DNA of 64,000 nucleotides from Dictyostelium discoideum (taxonomy: Eukaryota): contig CM000152.2 in assembly GCA_000004695.1 (NCBI GenBank), positions 3,936,001 to 4,000,000 of the forward strand. The letters run 5' to 3'. Positions within the stretch are counted from its first letter, which is position 1, and every line of letters starts with the position of its first letter. This document shows positions 1-10,934 of this stretch, piece by piece. Both the position numbers and the translations under genes were made by a program. The notes below the pieces were generated by a model. It was not told where the DNA came from. It saw nothing but the letters and a program-made list of their open reading frames with translations, and did no database searches.

Positions 1-189
1 TTTTTTTATTAAATTAATATTTATCCATAAACCAATTAAATGAAATTGAAATCTTTTATGATGATCTATTTAAATTAATATTTAAAAAAAAGTGATATAT
101 AAGTTTAGGTGTTTATTATTGTTATTTTTATTACTATTTGAAAATGATATTTTAAATCCATCAATAGTTAAAATTAATCGAATAAAAAA

Positions 190-624
190 AAGAATTGTAA
201 GTTGGTAAAATTATTTTTTGAATAGTTGGTGGTATTGTCAAAAATGATATTATTTTTTTTTTTACCACAGTATATTATATTTTTTATATAAAAAATTGTG
301 GGTTGGGGGTATAATGTTGTCATAATTATATAAATTGTACACTTGAATAATTTTTTTTAATATAATTATTCTATTGATGTATAAACTGTCAAAAAAAGTA
401 TTACCATATTATAAAAACAGGAAACAAATAATATTAATTATTAAATTTTAATATCAAATTTTTTGAAATTATACTTTTTTGGTAAAACTACAATTTATTA
501 TTTATTGAAAAAAGGTGATTTATTTTTAAGGTTTTTAAAAAAAAAAAAGATATAAATAAAAAAAAATTAAAAAATTTATTAATCACTTATCAATAAAACA
601 TTAAATTATAAATCAAAAAATAAA
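190..624 (+). promoter_or_regulatory. conserved hssA-family upstream module (type A), copy 1; homologous copies at 2375..2818 and, more diverged, at 60395..60900 and 62805..63200
   Basis: Blocks AAGTTGGTAAAATTATTTTTTG..GTTGGTGGTATTGTCAAAAATGATATT, TTGTGGGTTGGGGGTATAA, GTATAAACTGTCAAAAA, AAAAAGGTGATTTATTTTTAAGG and ATAAAATGACAC occur in the same order upstream of copies 1, 3 and 5. Confidence 0.5.
296..310 (+). promoter_or_regulatory. G-box/CAE-like element TTGTGGGTTGGGGGT
   Basis: G/T-rich island inside the conserved upstream module. Equivalent elements at 1348..1365 (AGAGTGGGTGTGGGGTTT), 2469..2484 and 3591..3609. They resemble GBF-type G-boxes used by developmentally regulated Dictyostelium genes. 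Confidence 0.35.
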
Positions 625-988
625 ATGACACTTTTTTGTAAGGATTTTATTATTATTTTATTAAATTTATTAAAAAAATGAAAACTAATTAATTTATAAT
701 TATTAATCATTAAAAGCTTCAATCTCATCAATTTCAAATCCAATGACAAGTTCAAAATCCAGTATAGCATCATTTGGTAGTGGAACAAGTATGGGTTCAA
801 ATTCAATTGCATGTGGTGGTGGTTGTGGTGGTGGAAGTGGTGGTATTCTTGGTTTAGGTTTAGGATTAGGATTAAATTTATTTGGAGGTTCTAGAGGTGC
901 TTGTGGTGGTAATAGTGGATCTGGTAATCCTGGTAATGGCCCATGTTCTGGTGGTAAATGTTGTGGAGGTCCATGTTGTGGAATTTAA
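625..988 (+). CDS. hssA/2C/7E-family small Gly/Ser/Cys-rich protein, copy 1 (2 exons: 625..637, 717..988)
   Basis: 13-nt first exon ATGACACTTTTTT followed by GTAAGG donor; ~79-nt AT-rich intron ending AAAAG. Exon 2 is in frame (T+CT) and gives [44 protein letters not shown]...CCGGPCCGI*. Same architecture in all 5 copies. N-terminal MTLFSSISSIS and G/S/C-rich body match my recollection of the Dictyostelium hssA/2C/7E family. Confidence 0.75.
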
Positions 989-1060
989 AATATTTTAAAA
1001 AATATAAAATATAAATATATATTCGAAATTACTATATATGTTATAATACTTTATTAAAAA

Positions 1061-1077
1061 ATTGGCGAATTTCCAAT
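1061..1077. promoter_or_regulatory. conserved 3'-flank palindromic element ATTGG-N6-CCAAT
   Basis: ATTGGCGAATTTCCAAT lies 70-170 nt downstream of the stop of hssA copy 1. Related copies at 2092..2107 (ATGGTGAATTACCAAT), 3259..3275 (ATTGGCGAATTTCAAAT) and 4429..4444 (ATGGTTGATTTCCAAT). Contains a CCAAT box. Confidence 0.35.
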
Positions 1078-1244
1078 CATATTAAAAACAAAAATAAATT
1101 AAATCTTTTTGTTTTTAAAAATTTTTAACAAAATGAAATTTAACTATTCTATATTAATTTTTTAATTTTCTGAATTAATGATTCTAAAATTACAAGAGTA
1201 TTTTCATTCCTTTACTATTAATATTAAAATTATAGCTTGAAATT

Positions 1245-1647
1245 TTAATTTGGTTAAAATTATTGATTTAATTTAAAGGTTAGTGGTATTGTTATTAACG
1301 ATTTTTTTTTTTTAATCAAATAAAAAATTCTTTTTTTAAATAATTGTAGAGTGGGTGTGGGGTTTATTATTTTAATTATAATCGTTAACGTTTTTATTTT
1401 ATTCAAAAACAAAAATTGATCTTATTAATAATAAAAATATTTTTCTAATAAATGTATAATCTGTTAAAAAGAGTATATTCATCTAATAAAAATCACAAAA
1501 TGTAGAATATTAATTATTTTAATTTTAGTTTAACTTTTTGACTTTGTACTTTTAGCAATTCCCTAAAAAAAAGCTATAAATAAAATTTAAATTAAAAATT
1601 AATTTATCACTCTTCAGTAAATTATTAAATTATTCATCAAAAATAAA
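1245..1647 (+). promoter_or_regulatory. conserved hssA-family upstream module (type B), copy upstream of gene 2; paralogous module at 3485..3910
   Basis: GGTTAGTGGTATTGTTATTAACGAT..TAATTGTAGAGTGGGTGTGGGGTTTATT..ATCGTTAACG and AGTATATTCATCTAATAAA..GCAATTCCCTAAAAAAA are shared between 1245-1647 and 3485-3910. Confidence 0.5.
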
Positions 1648-2030
1648 ATGACACTTTTTTGTAAGGATTTAATATTATTTAATAATTAATAGTTTTTAAG
1701 AAAAGAAAAAAAAAAATTAAACTAATAAATTAATTTTTATTAAAAGCTTCAATCTCATCAATTTCAAATCCAATGACAAGTTCAAAATCCAGTATTTCAT
1801 CATTTGGTAGTGGAACAAGTATAGGTTCAAATTCAATTGCATGTGGTGGTTGTGGAGGTGGAAGTGGTGGTATTCTTGGTTCAGGTTTAGGTATAGGTTT
1901 AGGTTTGGGTTTAGATTTAACTGGAGGCTCTAGAACAAGAGGGTCATGTCGTGGTAATGGCGGATCAAGCAATCCTGTTAATGGTCATGGAGGCATGGGA
2001 GGCGGAAATGGTTCATGTTGTGGAATTTAA
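1648..2030 (+). CDS. hssA/2C/7E-family protein, copy 2 (exons 1648..1660, 1747..2030)
   Basis: Same micro-exon (ATGACACTTTTTT|GTAAGG) and acceptor (AAAAG|CTTCAATCTCATC) as copy 1. Product [43 protein letters not shown]...SCCGI*. Confidence 0.75.
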
Positions 2031-2743
2031 ATGTTATAAAATATATATTCAAAACTATTAATAATATAATAATACTTTATTTAAAATAAAAATGGTGAAT
2101 TACCAATAGTGTTTATATAAAAATATAAACTTTAATTTATTTGTATTTTCTATTTATCTATAAATAAACTCAATAAATAAAATTGAACTTTAAAAATGAT
2201 TTATTAAAATAAAATTTTCAATGAAAATTTTAAAAAAAGTGATATAATAATTTATTGATTATATCAGTTTAAGTGTTCATTATTGTTTATTATATTTAGA
2301 AGTGATATTTTTAAGATTATTTTCATTCCATCTCTAATTAAAATTAATCTATTTAAAAAAAAAAAGATTTGTAAGTTGGTAAAAGTTATTTTTTGTAAAG
2401 TTGGTGGTATTGTCAAAAATGATATTATTTTTTTTCAACACAATAAATTTTATTTTTTATTTAATTAATTTGTGGGTTGGGGTATAAAGTTGTTATAATT
2501 TATTAATTGTACACTAGAATTAATATTTTAATTTAATTTATTTTTAATTAAATTTAATTTTTCTATTAATGTATAAACTGTTAAAAAAAGTATTATCATC
2601 TAATAAAAACACAAAACAAATAATATTAATTATTAAATTTTAATGTAAAACTTTTTGAAATTACTTTTTTGGTTAAATTACAAATTATTATTTATTGAAA
2701 AAAGGTGATTTATTTTTTAAGGTTTTCTAAAAAAAAATAAGAT

Positions 2744-2774
<31 letters not shown>

Positions 2775-2818
2775 TATTCACTCATCAATAAAATATTAAA
2801 CTATAAATCAAAAATAAA

Positions 2819-3189
2819 ATGACACTTTTTTGTAAGGACTTAATATTATTTTAGATTATAAAGTTTATAATTATAAAAAAAAAATGAAAACTAATTAATT
2901 TAAATTAATAATTATAGCATCAATCTCATCAATTTCAAATCCAATGACAAATTCAAAATCCAGAATATCATCATTTGGTAGTGGAACAAGTATGGGTTCA
3001 AATTCAATTGCATGTGGTGGTGGTTGTGGAGGTGGAAGTGGTGGTATTCTTGGTTTAGGTTTAGGATTAGGATTAAATTTATTTGGAGGTTCTAGAGGTG
3101 CTTGTGGTGGTAATAGTGGATCTAGTAATCCTGGTAATGGCCCATGTTCTGGTGGTAAATGTTGTGGAGGTTCATGTTGTGGAATTTAA
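2819..3189 (+). CDS. hssA/2C/7E-family protein, copy 3 (exons 2819..2831, 2918..3189)
   Basis: Micro-exon plus intron (acceptor TATAG|CATCAATCTC). Protein ~95% identical to copy 1. Part of the second 2-gene duplication unit. Confidence 0.75.
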
Positions 3190-3910
3190 AATATTAAAAA
3201 ATTATTAAATATATATACATTCGAAACTACACTAAAAGTAATAAGACTTTATTTAAAAATTGGCGAATTTCAAATTATATTAAAAAAAATCAAAATAAAT
3301 TAAATCTTTATTACCATATTATTATGTTAACTCTTTTGCAATGATTGATTATATAATATTTATTAAAATTAAAAAACCAACTATTGAATATATCAGTTTG
3401 ATATTTAATTATTGTTCTGAACTTAATGATTTATAACATCTTAAAAATATTTTCATTCCTTCAATATTAATTATTTAAAATTAGATTGAAATTGTGACCT
3501 GATTATTATTTATCTAATTTAAAGGTTGGTGGTATTGTTATAAATGATTTATTTTTTAACCACTAAAAATTTCTTTTTTAAAATAATTGTAGATTGGGTG
3601 TGGGGTTTTATATTTAATGATAATCGTTATCGTTTTTATTATTTTAAAAAATAAAATTTGATTTTATAATTAAAAAAAAAAAAAATTTCCAATAAATGTG
3701 TTAACTTTTAAAAAAAGTATATTCATCTAATAAATAACAAGGTAGAATATTAATTATTATAATTTTTAATTCAACTTTTTGATATTATACTTTTATTTTA
3801 CAAACATTTTTGCAATTCCCTAAAAAAAAACCTATAAAAAATAAAAAATAAATTTTAAATTCTATTCATCACTCATCAGTAAATTATTAAATTATAAATC
3901 AAAAAATAAA

Positions 3911-4261
3911 ATGACACTTTTCTGTAAGGATTATTTAATAATTTATAGTTTTAAAAAAAAAAACAAAAAAAAACTAATAAATTAATTATTATCAATAGCA
4001 TCAATCTCATCAATTTCAAATCCAATGACAAGTTCAAAATCCAGTATTGCATCATTTGGTAGTGGAACAAGTATGGGTTCAAATTCAATTGCATGTGGTG
4101 GTGGTTGTGGTGGAAGTGATGGTATTCTTGGTTTAGGCTTAGGTTTAAGTTTAGGTTTAGGTTTAGGTTTAAATTTAACTGGAGGTTCTAGATCTAGAGG
4201 TGGTTGTGGTGGTAGTAATGGAAGTATGGGTGGAGGAAATGGTTCATGTTGTGGTATTTAA
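3911..4261 (+). CDS. hssA/2C/7E-family protein, copy 4 (exons 3911..3923, 3999..4261)
   Basis: Micro-exon ATGACACTTTTCT|GTAAGG; acceptor AATAG|CATCAATCTC. Protein most similar to copy 2. Confidence 0.75.
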
Positions 4262-4484
4262 AATAATTAAAAAATTATAAAAATATATATACATTAAACA
4301 TTACTATAAATGTAAAATTACTTTAATTAAAATAATCCAAAATGATAAAAAAAAAATAAACTAAATTAAGGCTTTTTTTTTTTTTATAAATTTGATATTT
4401 TATTTAAATTTAATCTTTATTACTAAAAATGGTTGATTTCCAATTTATTAAATAAAATAAAATAATTTATATATATATTGTTTT

Positions 4485-4922
4485 TTACCAAGAAATCATT
4501 ATTGAACCCATTATTATTATTAATGGAAATGCTAAAGAAAATTGAACAAGATTATTTTTAATTTCTGTTGTTCTAAAATATAAATATTCTACAACATGAT
4601 GACCCAAACCATAAACAAATGTCATCCAAGTAAAGAAAAATAATGTTTTATTTTCAATATCTTGTGAACATGCAATAGCCATTGAACCAGTTGTAAAAAA
4701 CCATAAAAATGCAATTCTTGAGAATAATCCTAAAAATACTAATTTAATTTTATATTAATAAAAATTATTCAATTATGATTTTAAAATATATATATATCTA
4801 CCTTCTTTTTTTACATTTGGATATGCGTAACTAAAAATGGATACAGGGTTAATTAAAAATTTAAAAGAACAAAATAATCTGAAACATCCAATAAAAAATA
4901 AAAAATATTGTAATAATTGCAT
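4485..4922 (-). CDS. small multi-pass membrane protein, ~121 aa (exons 4922..4802, 4729..4485)
   Basis: Minus-strand ATG at 4922. Exon 1 MQLLQYFLFFIGCFRLFCSFKFLINPVSIFSYAYPNVKKE+G, donor GTAGAT. Acceptor TTTTAG|GA joins in frame to ...IFLGLFSRIAFLWFFTTGSMAIACSQDIENKTLFFFTWMTFVYGLGHHVVEYLYF...ISW* (track ORF 4485..4682). Hydrophobic segments suggest 3-4 TM helices. Function unknown. Confidence 0.5.
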
Positions 4923-5050
4923 TTTAATCTTTTTTAAACTATGCAAAATATTTTATTTAAAAAAAAATAATAATAATAATAATTTATTAATAAAGTTTTA
5001 TAATATTAAGTTTTAATAATAATTTTACCACTTTCTCAATTGGTGTGTAA

Positions 5051-5100
<50 letters not shown>

Positions 5101-5869
5101 GGATGTTTAAAAAATAAAAATATTTATTTTAAAACAGTCGACTAAAAAAAAAAAAAAAAAAAAAATTAAAAATTAAAAATGACCTTTTTTGTATACAATT
5201 TTATCAATATTATTAGTAAAAATCCCATAAATGTCAACGAAGAGTACAAAGTAAAGTAATCTCGATTTGAAATCAGGTTTAAACATTTTTTTTTTTTTTT
5301 TCAAATAATTTGTGACCTATAAAAAAAAAAAAATTACATTTTTGAAACACGTTGGCAAAGTTTAACCAAAAAAGATGGAATGAAAAAAGGTGGTTTTAAG
5401 AAAAAAAAAAAAAAAAAAATAAAAAAAAAAATAAAAAAATAAAAAAAAAAAAATAAAAAAATAAAAATCTAAAAAATTTCGTTTTATCAGAAATTAAAAA
5501 AAAAAAAATAAAAAATAAAATATAAAATTAAACGGAAAAAAAAAAAAATTAATACGATTACAATAAAATTTATTCTATTTTATTTTGTTTTCTTTGATTG
5601 TTATAATCAATTTTAAAAAAATTAATAAATAAAATAAAATAAAATAAATAATTCTGAAAAATTATGATCATTGGGCTTTTATTTTAATCGAAACAAGATC
5701 ACACACACATATATATATTTAGATTCAAAATTGAAGGGGTATGGTAAGATCAAAAATCACACAATCCTTTTTTTTTTTTTTTTTTTTTTTTGGTTCCTTT
5801 TTTGAATTCTTTTTTTTTTTTTAATTTTTTTTTTTTTATTTTAATTTTATTTTATTTATTTTCAATTTA

Positions 5870-5918
<49 letters not shown>

Positions 5919-5931
5919 TTTTCAAATCACA

Positions 5932-6110
5932 CACTCACTCCTCACTCACCCACCCACCCACTATGTTTTGATGGTTTTAAAAATATTTTATATTATAATT
6001 TTGTGTAGATTTCTGCAATAAGTCAAAAAGACAAAACAAAAAACCACTCACACACCCACTCTCTCTCTCTCACTCACTCTCTCACTCACTCCTCACTCAC
6101 TAAATATATA
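5932..6110. promoter_or_regulatory. C-rich/CA-rich blocks (CACTCACTCCTCACTCACCCACCCACCCACT; CCACTCACACACCCACTCTCTCTCTCTCACTCACTC...)
   Basis: Two C/CA-rich islands (5932-5962, 6052-6110) in an otherwise >85% A+T gene desert (4.9-8.3 kb). Their reverse complement is G-box-like. Similar CA-rich boxes lie just upstream of the genes at 8292 (8060-8100) and 15371 (15190-15230). Confidence 0.3.
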
Positions 6111-7684
6111 ATTTCATTATGATATTTGTTTTTGAAAGGAAATAAAAAAAAAAAAAGAAAAAAAAAAAAAAAAAAAGAAAAATTTAAACCTCAACACAAA
6201 AATTTTTGTTTTTTTTTGTTTTTTTTTTTTTAATTATTTTTATTATTATTATTTACATATAATATATGAAAAAGCATCAATCATTTATTCAATAGTATAA
6301 AGAACAATCTTAAAAAGAAAAGAAAAAATAAATAAATAAAAAAAAAAAAAAATAAAATAAAATAAAATAAAATAAAATAAAAAATAAATAAAAAATAAAT
6401 TAAAAATAAATAAAAAAAATAAATAAAAAAATAAATAAATAAAAAAATAAAAAATAAATAAAAATTTATAATAAAGAATAATCTTAATCAGTAGAAAGAA
6501 AAAAAAATTAGTTTTCTATAGGTAAAAAAAAAAAAAATTTGTCATTGTTAATCACATTTTTAATGAATCGCAATCATTTTAAATCTTTTTTTTTTTTTTT
6601 AGATATAAAAATAAAGAAATAAAAAAATGAATCATAAAAATAAAAAATAAAAAAAAAAATAATAATAGTGCCAAACTCAATAATTAATGATTATTTGTAT
6701 TTTATTTAGTTTTATTTAATATTATTTTTTATTTTATTTTATTTTATTTTTTTTTTGTTTTTTTTTTTCATGACCAAGATTGTGTTTGTGTGGGTATAAA
6801 TAAAAATTATTATTTTATTTTTTTAATTAAATCCATTTTAAACCCACTCTTTAATTACAAATTTAACAAGAAAAAAATAGAAAAAAACAAAAAAAAAAAA
6901 AAACAAAAACAAAAAAATTAATTAATAGTGGTAGTAAAAATAAATATTTCAATAGTATCTTTATAGCTTTTTATAATTTTTTTTAAAAAAAAAAAAAAAA
7001 AAAAAAAGTAAATAATAGGATTTTTAAAAATAAAATTTGTGTGTTTGATATTTTTAGTTTTCAAACAAAAAAATAAAAAAATTTTATAAATTATTTCCAA
7101 TAGAACCAATTTCGATGAAATTTTAACCAATAAAGTCAAAATTATTATAATAATTATTTGCAATAAATAAAATAAAATTCAAATAATCTAAAAATGATCA
7201 AAATTAAAAATAGGATCTCACGTATACACATTATCAACAATAATAAAAAAAAAAAAAATTTTAAATTAAAAATTAAAAATTTAAAATAAAAAATCAAAAT
7301 TAAAAATAAAAGATAAAAAATTAAAATAGTTTTGTAATATTTAGAATTAATATATATATATAGTTAAATTACTATTTTTATAAATGTTGTTAAAAAAAAA
7401 AAAAATTATAATAGATAAACAACATATATAAAAATAATAATTATATATATCTATATTTCCTATAATATATATATTATATCAAATTGTGTTTATTTTAGGT
7501 GGTTATACGTTAAAAAAAATATTTTATTTTAAATTTATTTTTATTTTATTTTTTTTTTTTTTTTCTGAAAAAAAAAAAAAAAAAAAAACACACACAAATA
7601 TTTCACAGATAAATATTTATAATAATAATTATTATTATTATTATTTAATTAATTTTAAAAAAAATAAAAAAACTAAAAGGTGGG

Positions 7685-7728
<44 letters not shown>

Positions 7729-8199
7729 ATTATCTATTATTTTTTTATTTTTTTTTTTTTTTTTTTTAATGTAAACAACTTCCTGTTCATAAAATAATTT
7801 TTATATAAATAAAAACATAGTTTAATCAAACACAAACACGCACATAATAATTAAACGTTAAAAAAAAAAAAGTGTACTACAAAAAATAAAATAAAACAAA
7901 TCATATTAATTAAATAAAACAAACCCTTTTACTCATTAAATATTGCTAATTTTGACAACTTTTTTTTGTAAATTAAATTTTTTTTTTTTTTTTCTCATTT
8001 TTTTGAAAAACTATTTTTTGTTTCATTTTTTTTTTTTTTTTTTTTTTTTATTACATTATATGTTTATATCACACTCGACAACACACTCACATAACCACAA
8101 TATTGTTTTTTTTTTTTTTTTGTTATTATTAAAAAAAAAAAACAAAAAAATTGTTTCATTTGAAACAAATAAAATAATAAACTAACTTTTTATCTATTT

Positions 8200-8232
<33 letters not shown>

Positions 8233-8291
8233 TGTATTTATATATTTATTTTATATATATTTAAAAAAAAAAAAAAAAAAAAAAAAATAAA

Positions 8292-10934
8292 ATGAAGATT
8301 TTTCAAATTCAATGCTCATCTTTCAAGGAAAGTAGATGGCAAAAAAGTAAATGTGACAATTGTTTAAAATTTCATATAGACATCAATAACAATAGTAAAA
8401 CCTCAAATACAGATACAGACTTTGACGCCAATACAAATATAAATTCAAACATAAACTCAAATATAAATTCAAATATAAATATAAATAATAGCGGAAACAA
8501 TAATAAAAACAGTAATAATATAGAAATTACTGAAAATATTGATAATAAAGCGAAAATAATCAATAAACATATAAAAACTATAACAAATTCAAAACCAATA
8601 CCAATACCAATACCAACACCAACACCAATAAGTATAAAAGAAAAAGAAAAAGAAAAAGAAAAAGAAAAAGAAAAAGAAAAAGAAAAAGAAAAAGAAAAAG
8701 AAAAAGAAATGAAATCAACAATTAATTTACGTTCAGAGGATACAACATCAAATAAATCAACTATAGTTTTTACAGAATGTTTAGAATATAAAGGTCATCA
8801 ATGGAGACCAAATATATGTGTAACATGTTTTTCACCAAAGAATAAACATAAAAATGTTTTACCAGAAACTAGTACACCATTGATTTCACAATCATCCCAA
8901 ACATCAACTATAACACCATCATCCTCTTCAACCTCTACATCTACTTCATCAATTTCTACACATAAAACTGCAAATAATAAAACTGTAATCACTTATATCT
9001 CTTCAACAACTACAACTACAACAACTTCATCATCATCATCATCACCACCATCTTCATCAATTGCTGGTATCACAAATCCAACCTCAAGATCATCTTCACC
9101 AATACTAAAATCAGTACCACCCTCAGCTTATTCAAATGTTGTTATTCCAATTAATAATATCAATAATAGTAATAGCAATAGCAGTAGTGGTGGTGGTAAT
9201 AATAATAATAAATCAATTTCAACACCATCATCACCAATTATATCAAGACCAATAACAAATAAAATTAATAATAATAATAATAATAATCAACCACAATTAC
9301 ATTATAATCAACCACAAAGTTCAAGTGTTTCAACAACATCATCACCAATAATTAGACCAGTATTGAGAAGACAATTTCAATCATTCCCATCGAATCCAAA
9401 AATTTCAAAAGCAATATTAGAACAATGTAATATCATTAATAATAATAGCAATAGCAATAATAGCAATAATAAGGACCCAGTAATACTTTGTAAATATACA
9501 ATAGAATCACAACCAAAGAGTAATATATCGGTTTTAAAACCAACTTTGGTTGAATTTATAAATCAACCCGATAGTAAAGATGATGAATCATCAGTAAAAT
9601 CACCACCATTACCAGTGGAGTCACAACCAATATTCAATTCAAAACAAAGTGCAACAATGGATGGAATTACCACTCATAAATCAGTATCGATTACGATTTC
9701 CACATCGACATCACCATCTTCAACAACCACAACCACATCAACTACCACTTCAATTATAGCAGAAGAACCATCGAGTCCAATATTACCAACTGCATCACCA
9801 TCCTCCTCTTCTTCATCGATAATTACAACCGCAACTGCTTCAACAATACCAATGTCACCTTCATTACCATCAATACCATTTCATGAGTTTGAAACAATGG
9901 AATCCTCTACCACAACAACTTTATTATCAGAAAATAATGGTGGTGGTGGAGGCAGTAGTTGTAATGATAATAGTAGAAGAAATAGTTTGAATATCTTACC
10001 ATTAAGATTAAAATCATTCTCATTTTCTGCTCCACAATCTGATTCAATGATTGAACAACCAGAAGATGATCCATTTTTTGATTTTGAAGATTTATCAGAT
10101 GATGATGATAGTAATGATAATGATGATGAAGAATTAAAAGAAATAAATGGTGAAAAAATAATACAACAAAATGATCTCACTCCAACTACTACAATAACCT
10201 CAACTACAACAATTTTACAAAGTCCAACACTCGAAAAAACTTTATCAACTACAACAACTACAACTATACCATCACCATCAACAAATTCAAGGTCTATTTG
10301 TAATACTTTAATGGATAGTACAGATTCGATTAATAATACAAATACAAATACAAATACAAATACAAATACAAATACAAATACAAATACAAATACAAATACA
10401 AATACAAATACAAATGCAAATATTAATAATAAAGTATCGACTACAACTACAACCACAACAACTAAGAGGAGATCATTAAAGATGGATCAATTTAAAGAGA
10501 AAGAGGATGAATGGGATCAAGGTGTTGATTTAACATCATTTTTAAAGAGAAAACCAACATTACAAAGAGATTTCAGTTATTGTAATAATAAAGTAATGGA
10601 AATTTCAAGTGTAAAAGAAGAAGCCAAACGGTTACATGGTGGTACTGGATATATTCATCAATTTGCATTTGAAGCATTTAAAGATATTTTAGAGGCAAAA
10701 CAAACTCAAATCAATAGAGCTTTTTGTTCTCAAAAAATTGATGCTCCAGATTGTGAAATGTTAATAAATGAAATTAACACTGCAAAGAAATTATTGGAAG
10801 ATTTATTAGAATTAAATAGTAATAGTAGTGGTAGTGGTAATAATAGTAATGATAATAGCGGTTCCTCATCACCTTCTTCTTCAAAAACAAATACTTTAAA
10901 TCAACAATCAATTTGTATAAAGAGTGAAATTTAA
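8292..10934 (+). CDS. hypothetical low-complexity protein (880 aa) with two N-terminal C-x2-[FY]-x3-W-x4-C-x2-C-x3-[HK] motifs
   Basis: Single long ORF. N-terminus CSSFKESRWQKSKCDNCLKFH and, ~190 aa later, CLEYKGHQWRPNICVTCFSPKNKH. Contains (EK)13 from (GAAAAA)n, (TN)11 from (ACAAAT)n and S/T-rich tracts. Non-repetitive C-terminal domain ...EEAKRLHGGTGYIHQFAFEAFKDILEAKQTQINRAF.... No family assignment possible from sequence alone. Confidence 0.7.
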   Translation: MKIFQIQCSSFKESRWQKSKCDNCLKFHIDINNNSKTSNTDTDFDANTNINSNINSNINSNININNSGNNNKNSNNIEITENIDNKAKIINKHIKTITNSKPIPIPIPTPTPISIKEKEKEKEKEKEKEKEKEKEKEKEMKSTINLRSEDTTSNKSTIVFTECLEYKGHQWRPNICVTCFSPKNKHKNVLPETSTPLISQSSQTSTITPSSSSTSTSTSSISTHKTANNKTVITYISSTTTTTTTSSSSSSPPSSSIAGITNPTSRSSSPILKSVPPSAYSNVVIPINNINNSNSNSSSGGGNNNNKSISTPSSPIISRPITNKINNNNNNNQPQLHYNQPQSSSVSTTSSPIIRPVLRRQFQSFPSNPKISKAILEQCNIINNNSNSNNSNNKDPVILCKYTIESQPKSNISVLKPTLVEFINQPDSKDDESSVKSPPLPVESQPIFNSKQSATMDGITTHKSVSITISTSTSPSSTTTTTSTTTSIIAEEPSSPILPTASPSSSSSSIITTATASTIPMSPSLPSIPFHEFETMESSTTTTLLSENNGGGGGSSCNDNSRRNSLNILPLRLKSFSFSAPQSDSMIEQPEDDPFFDFEDLSDDDDSNDNDDEELKEINGEKIIQQNDLTPTTTITSTTTILQSPTLEKTLSTTTTTTIPSPSTNSRSICNTLMDSTDSINNTNTNTNTNTNTNTNTNTNTNTNTNTNANINNKVSTTTTTTTTKRRSLKMDQFKEKEDEWDQGVDLTSFLKRKPTLQRDFSYCNNKVMEISSVKEEAKRLHGGTGYIHQFAFEAFKDILEAKQTQINRAFCSQKIDAPDCEMLINEINTAKKLLEDLLELNSNSSGSGNNSNDNSGSSSPSSSKTNTLNQQSICIKSEI

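Noticed and set aside
1730-1972. Minus-strand ORFs antisense to hssA genes (1730..1972, 60987..61211) encoding P/K-rich peptides
   Set aside because: They are mirror ORFs of the GGT/GGA-rich plus-strand coding sequence. The plus strand has the conserved spliced N-terminus and family similarity.
1-4460. CRISPR-like or prokaryotic operon reading of the regularly spaced small repeated ORFs
   Set aside because: The sequence is eukaryotic (spliceosomal introns, polyQ/polyN, Dictyostelium codon usage). The 'repeats' are 1.1-kb gene units with promoters, not 30-40-bp repeat/spacer arrays.
5224-5231. Second DUSE-like TCCCATAA at 5224 (and CCCACAA matches at 40489, 43336, 61894, 31141)
   Set aside because: None is followed at ~60 nt by a GC-rich or structured segment. 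Downstream sequence is plain A/T runs or a protein-gene promoter, so these look like chance 8-mer matches.
6918-8185. Track ORFs 6918..7163, 7486..7797, 7943..8185 and similar poly-F/poly-K ORFs (11573..12069, 14738..14968, 20889..21137, 25017..25211, 29897..30871, 41069..41320, 45665..45992)
   Set aside because: Translations of A/T homopolymer runs (poly-F/K/I/N) with no compositional or codon signal. They lie in promoters, introns or 3' flanks.
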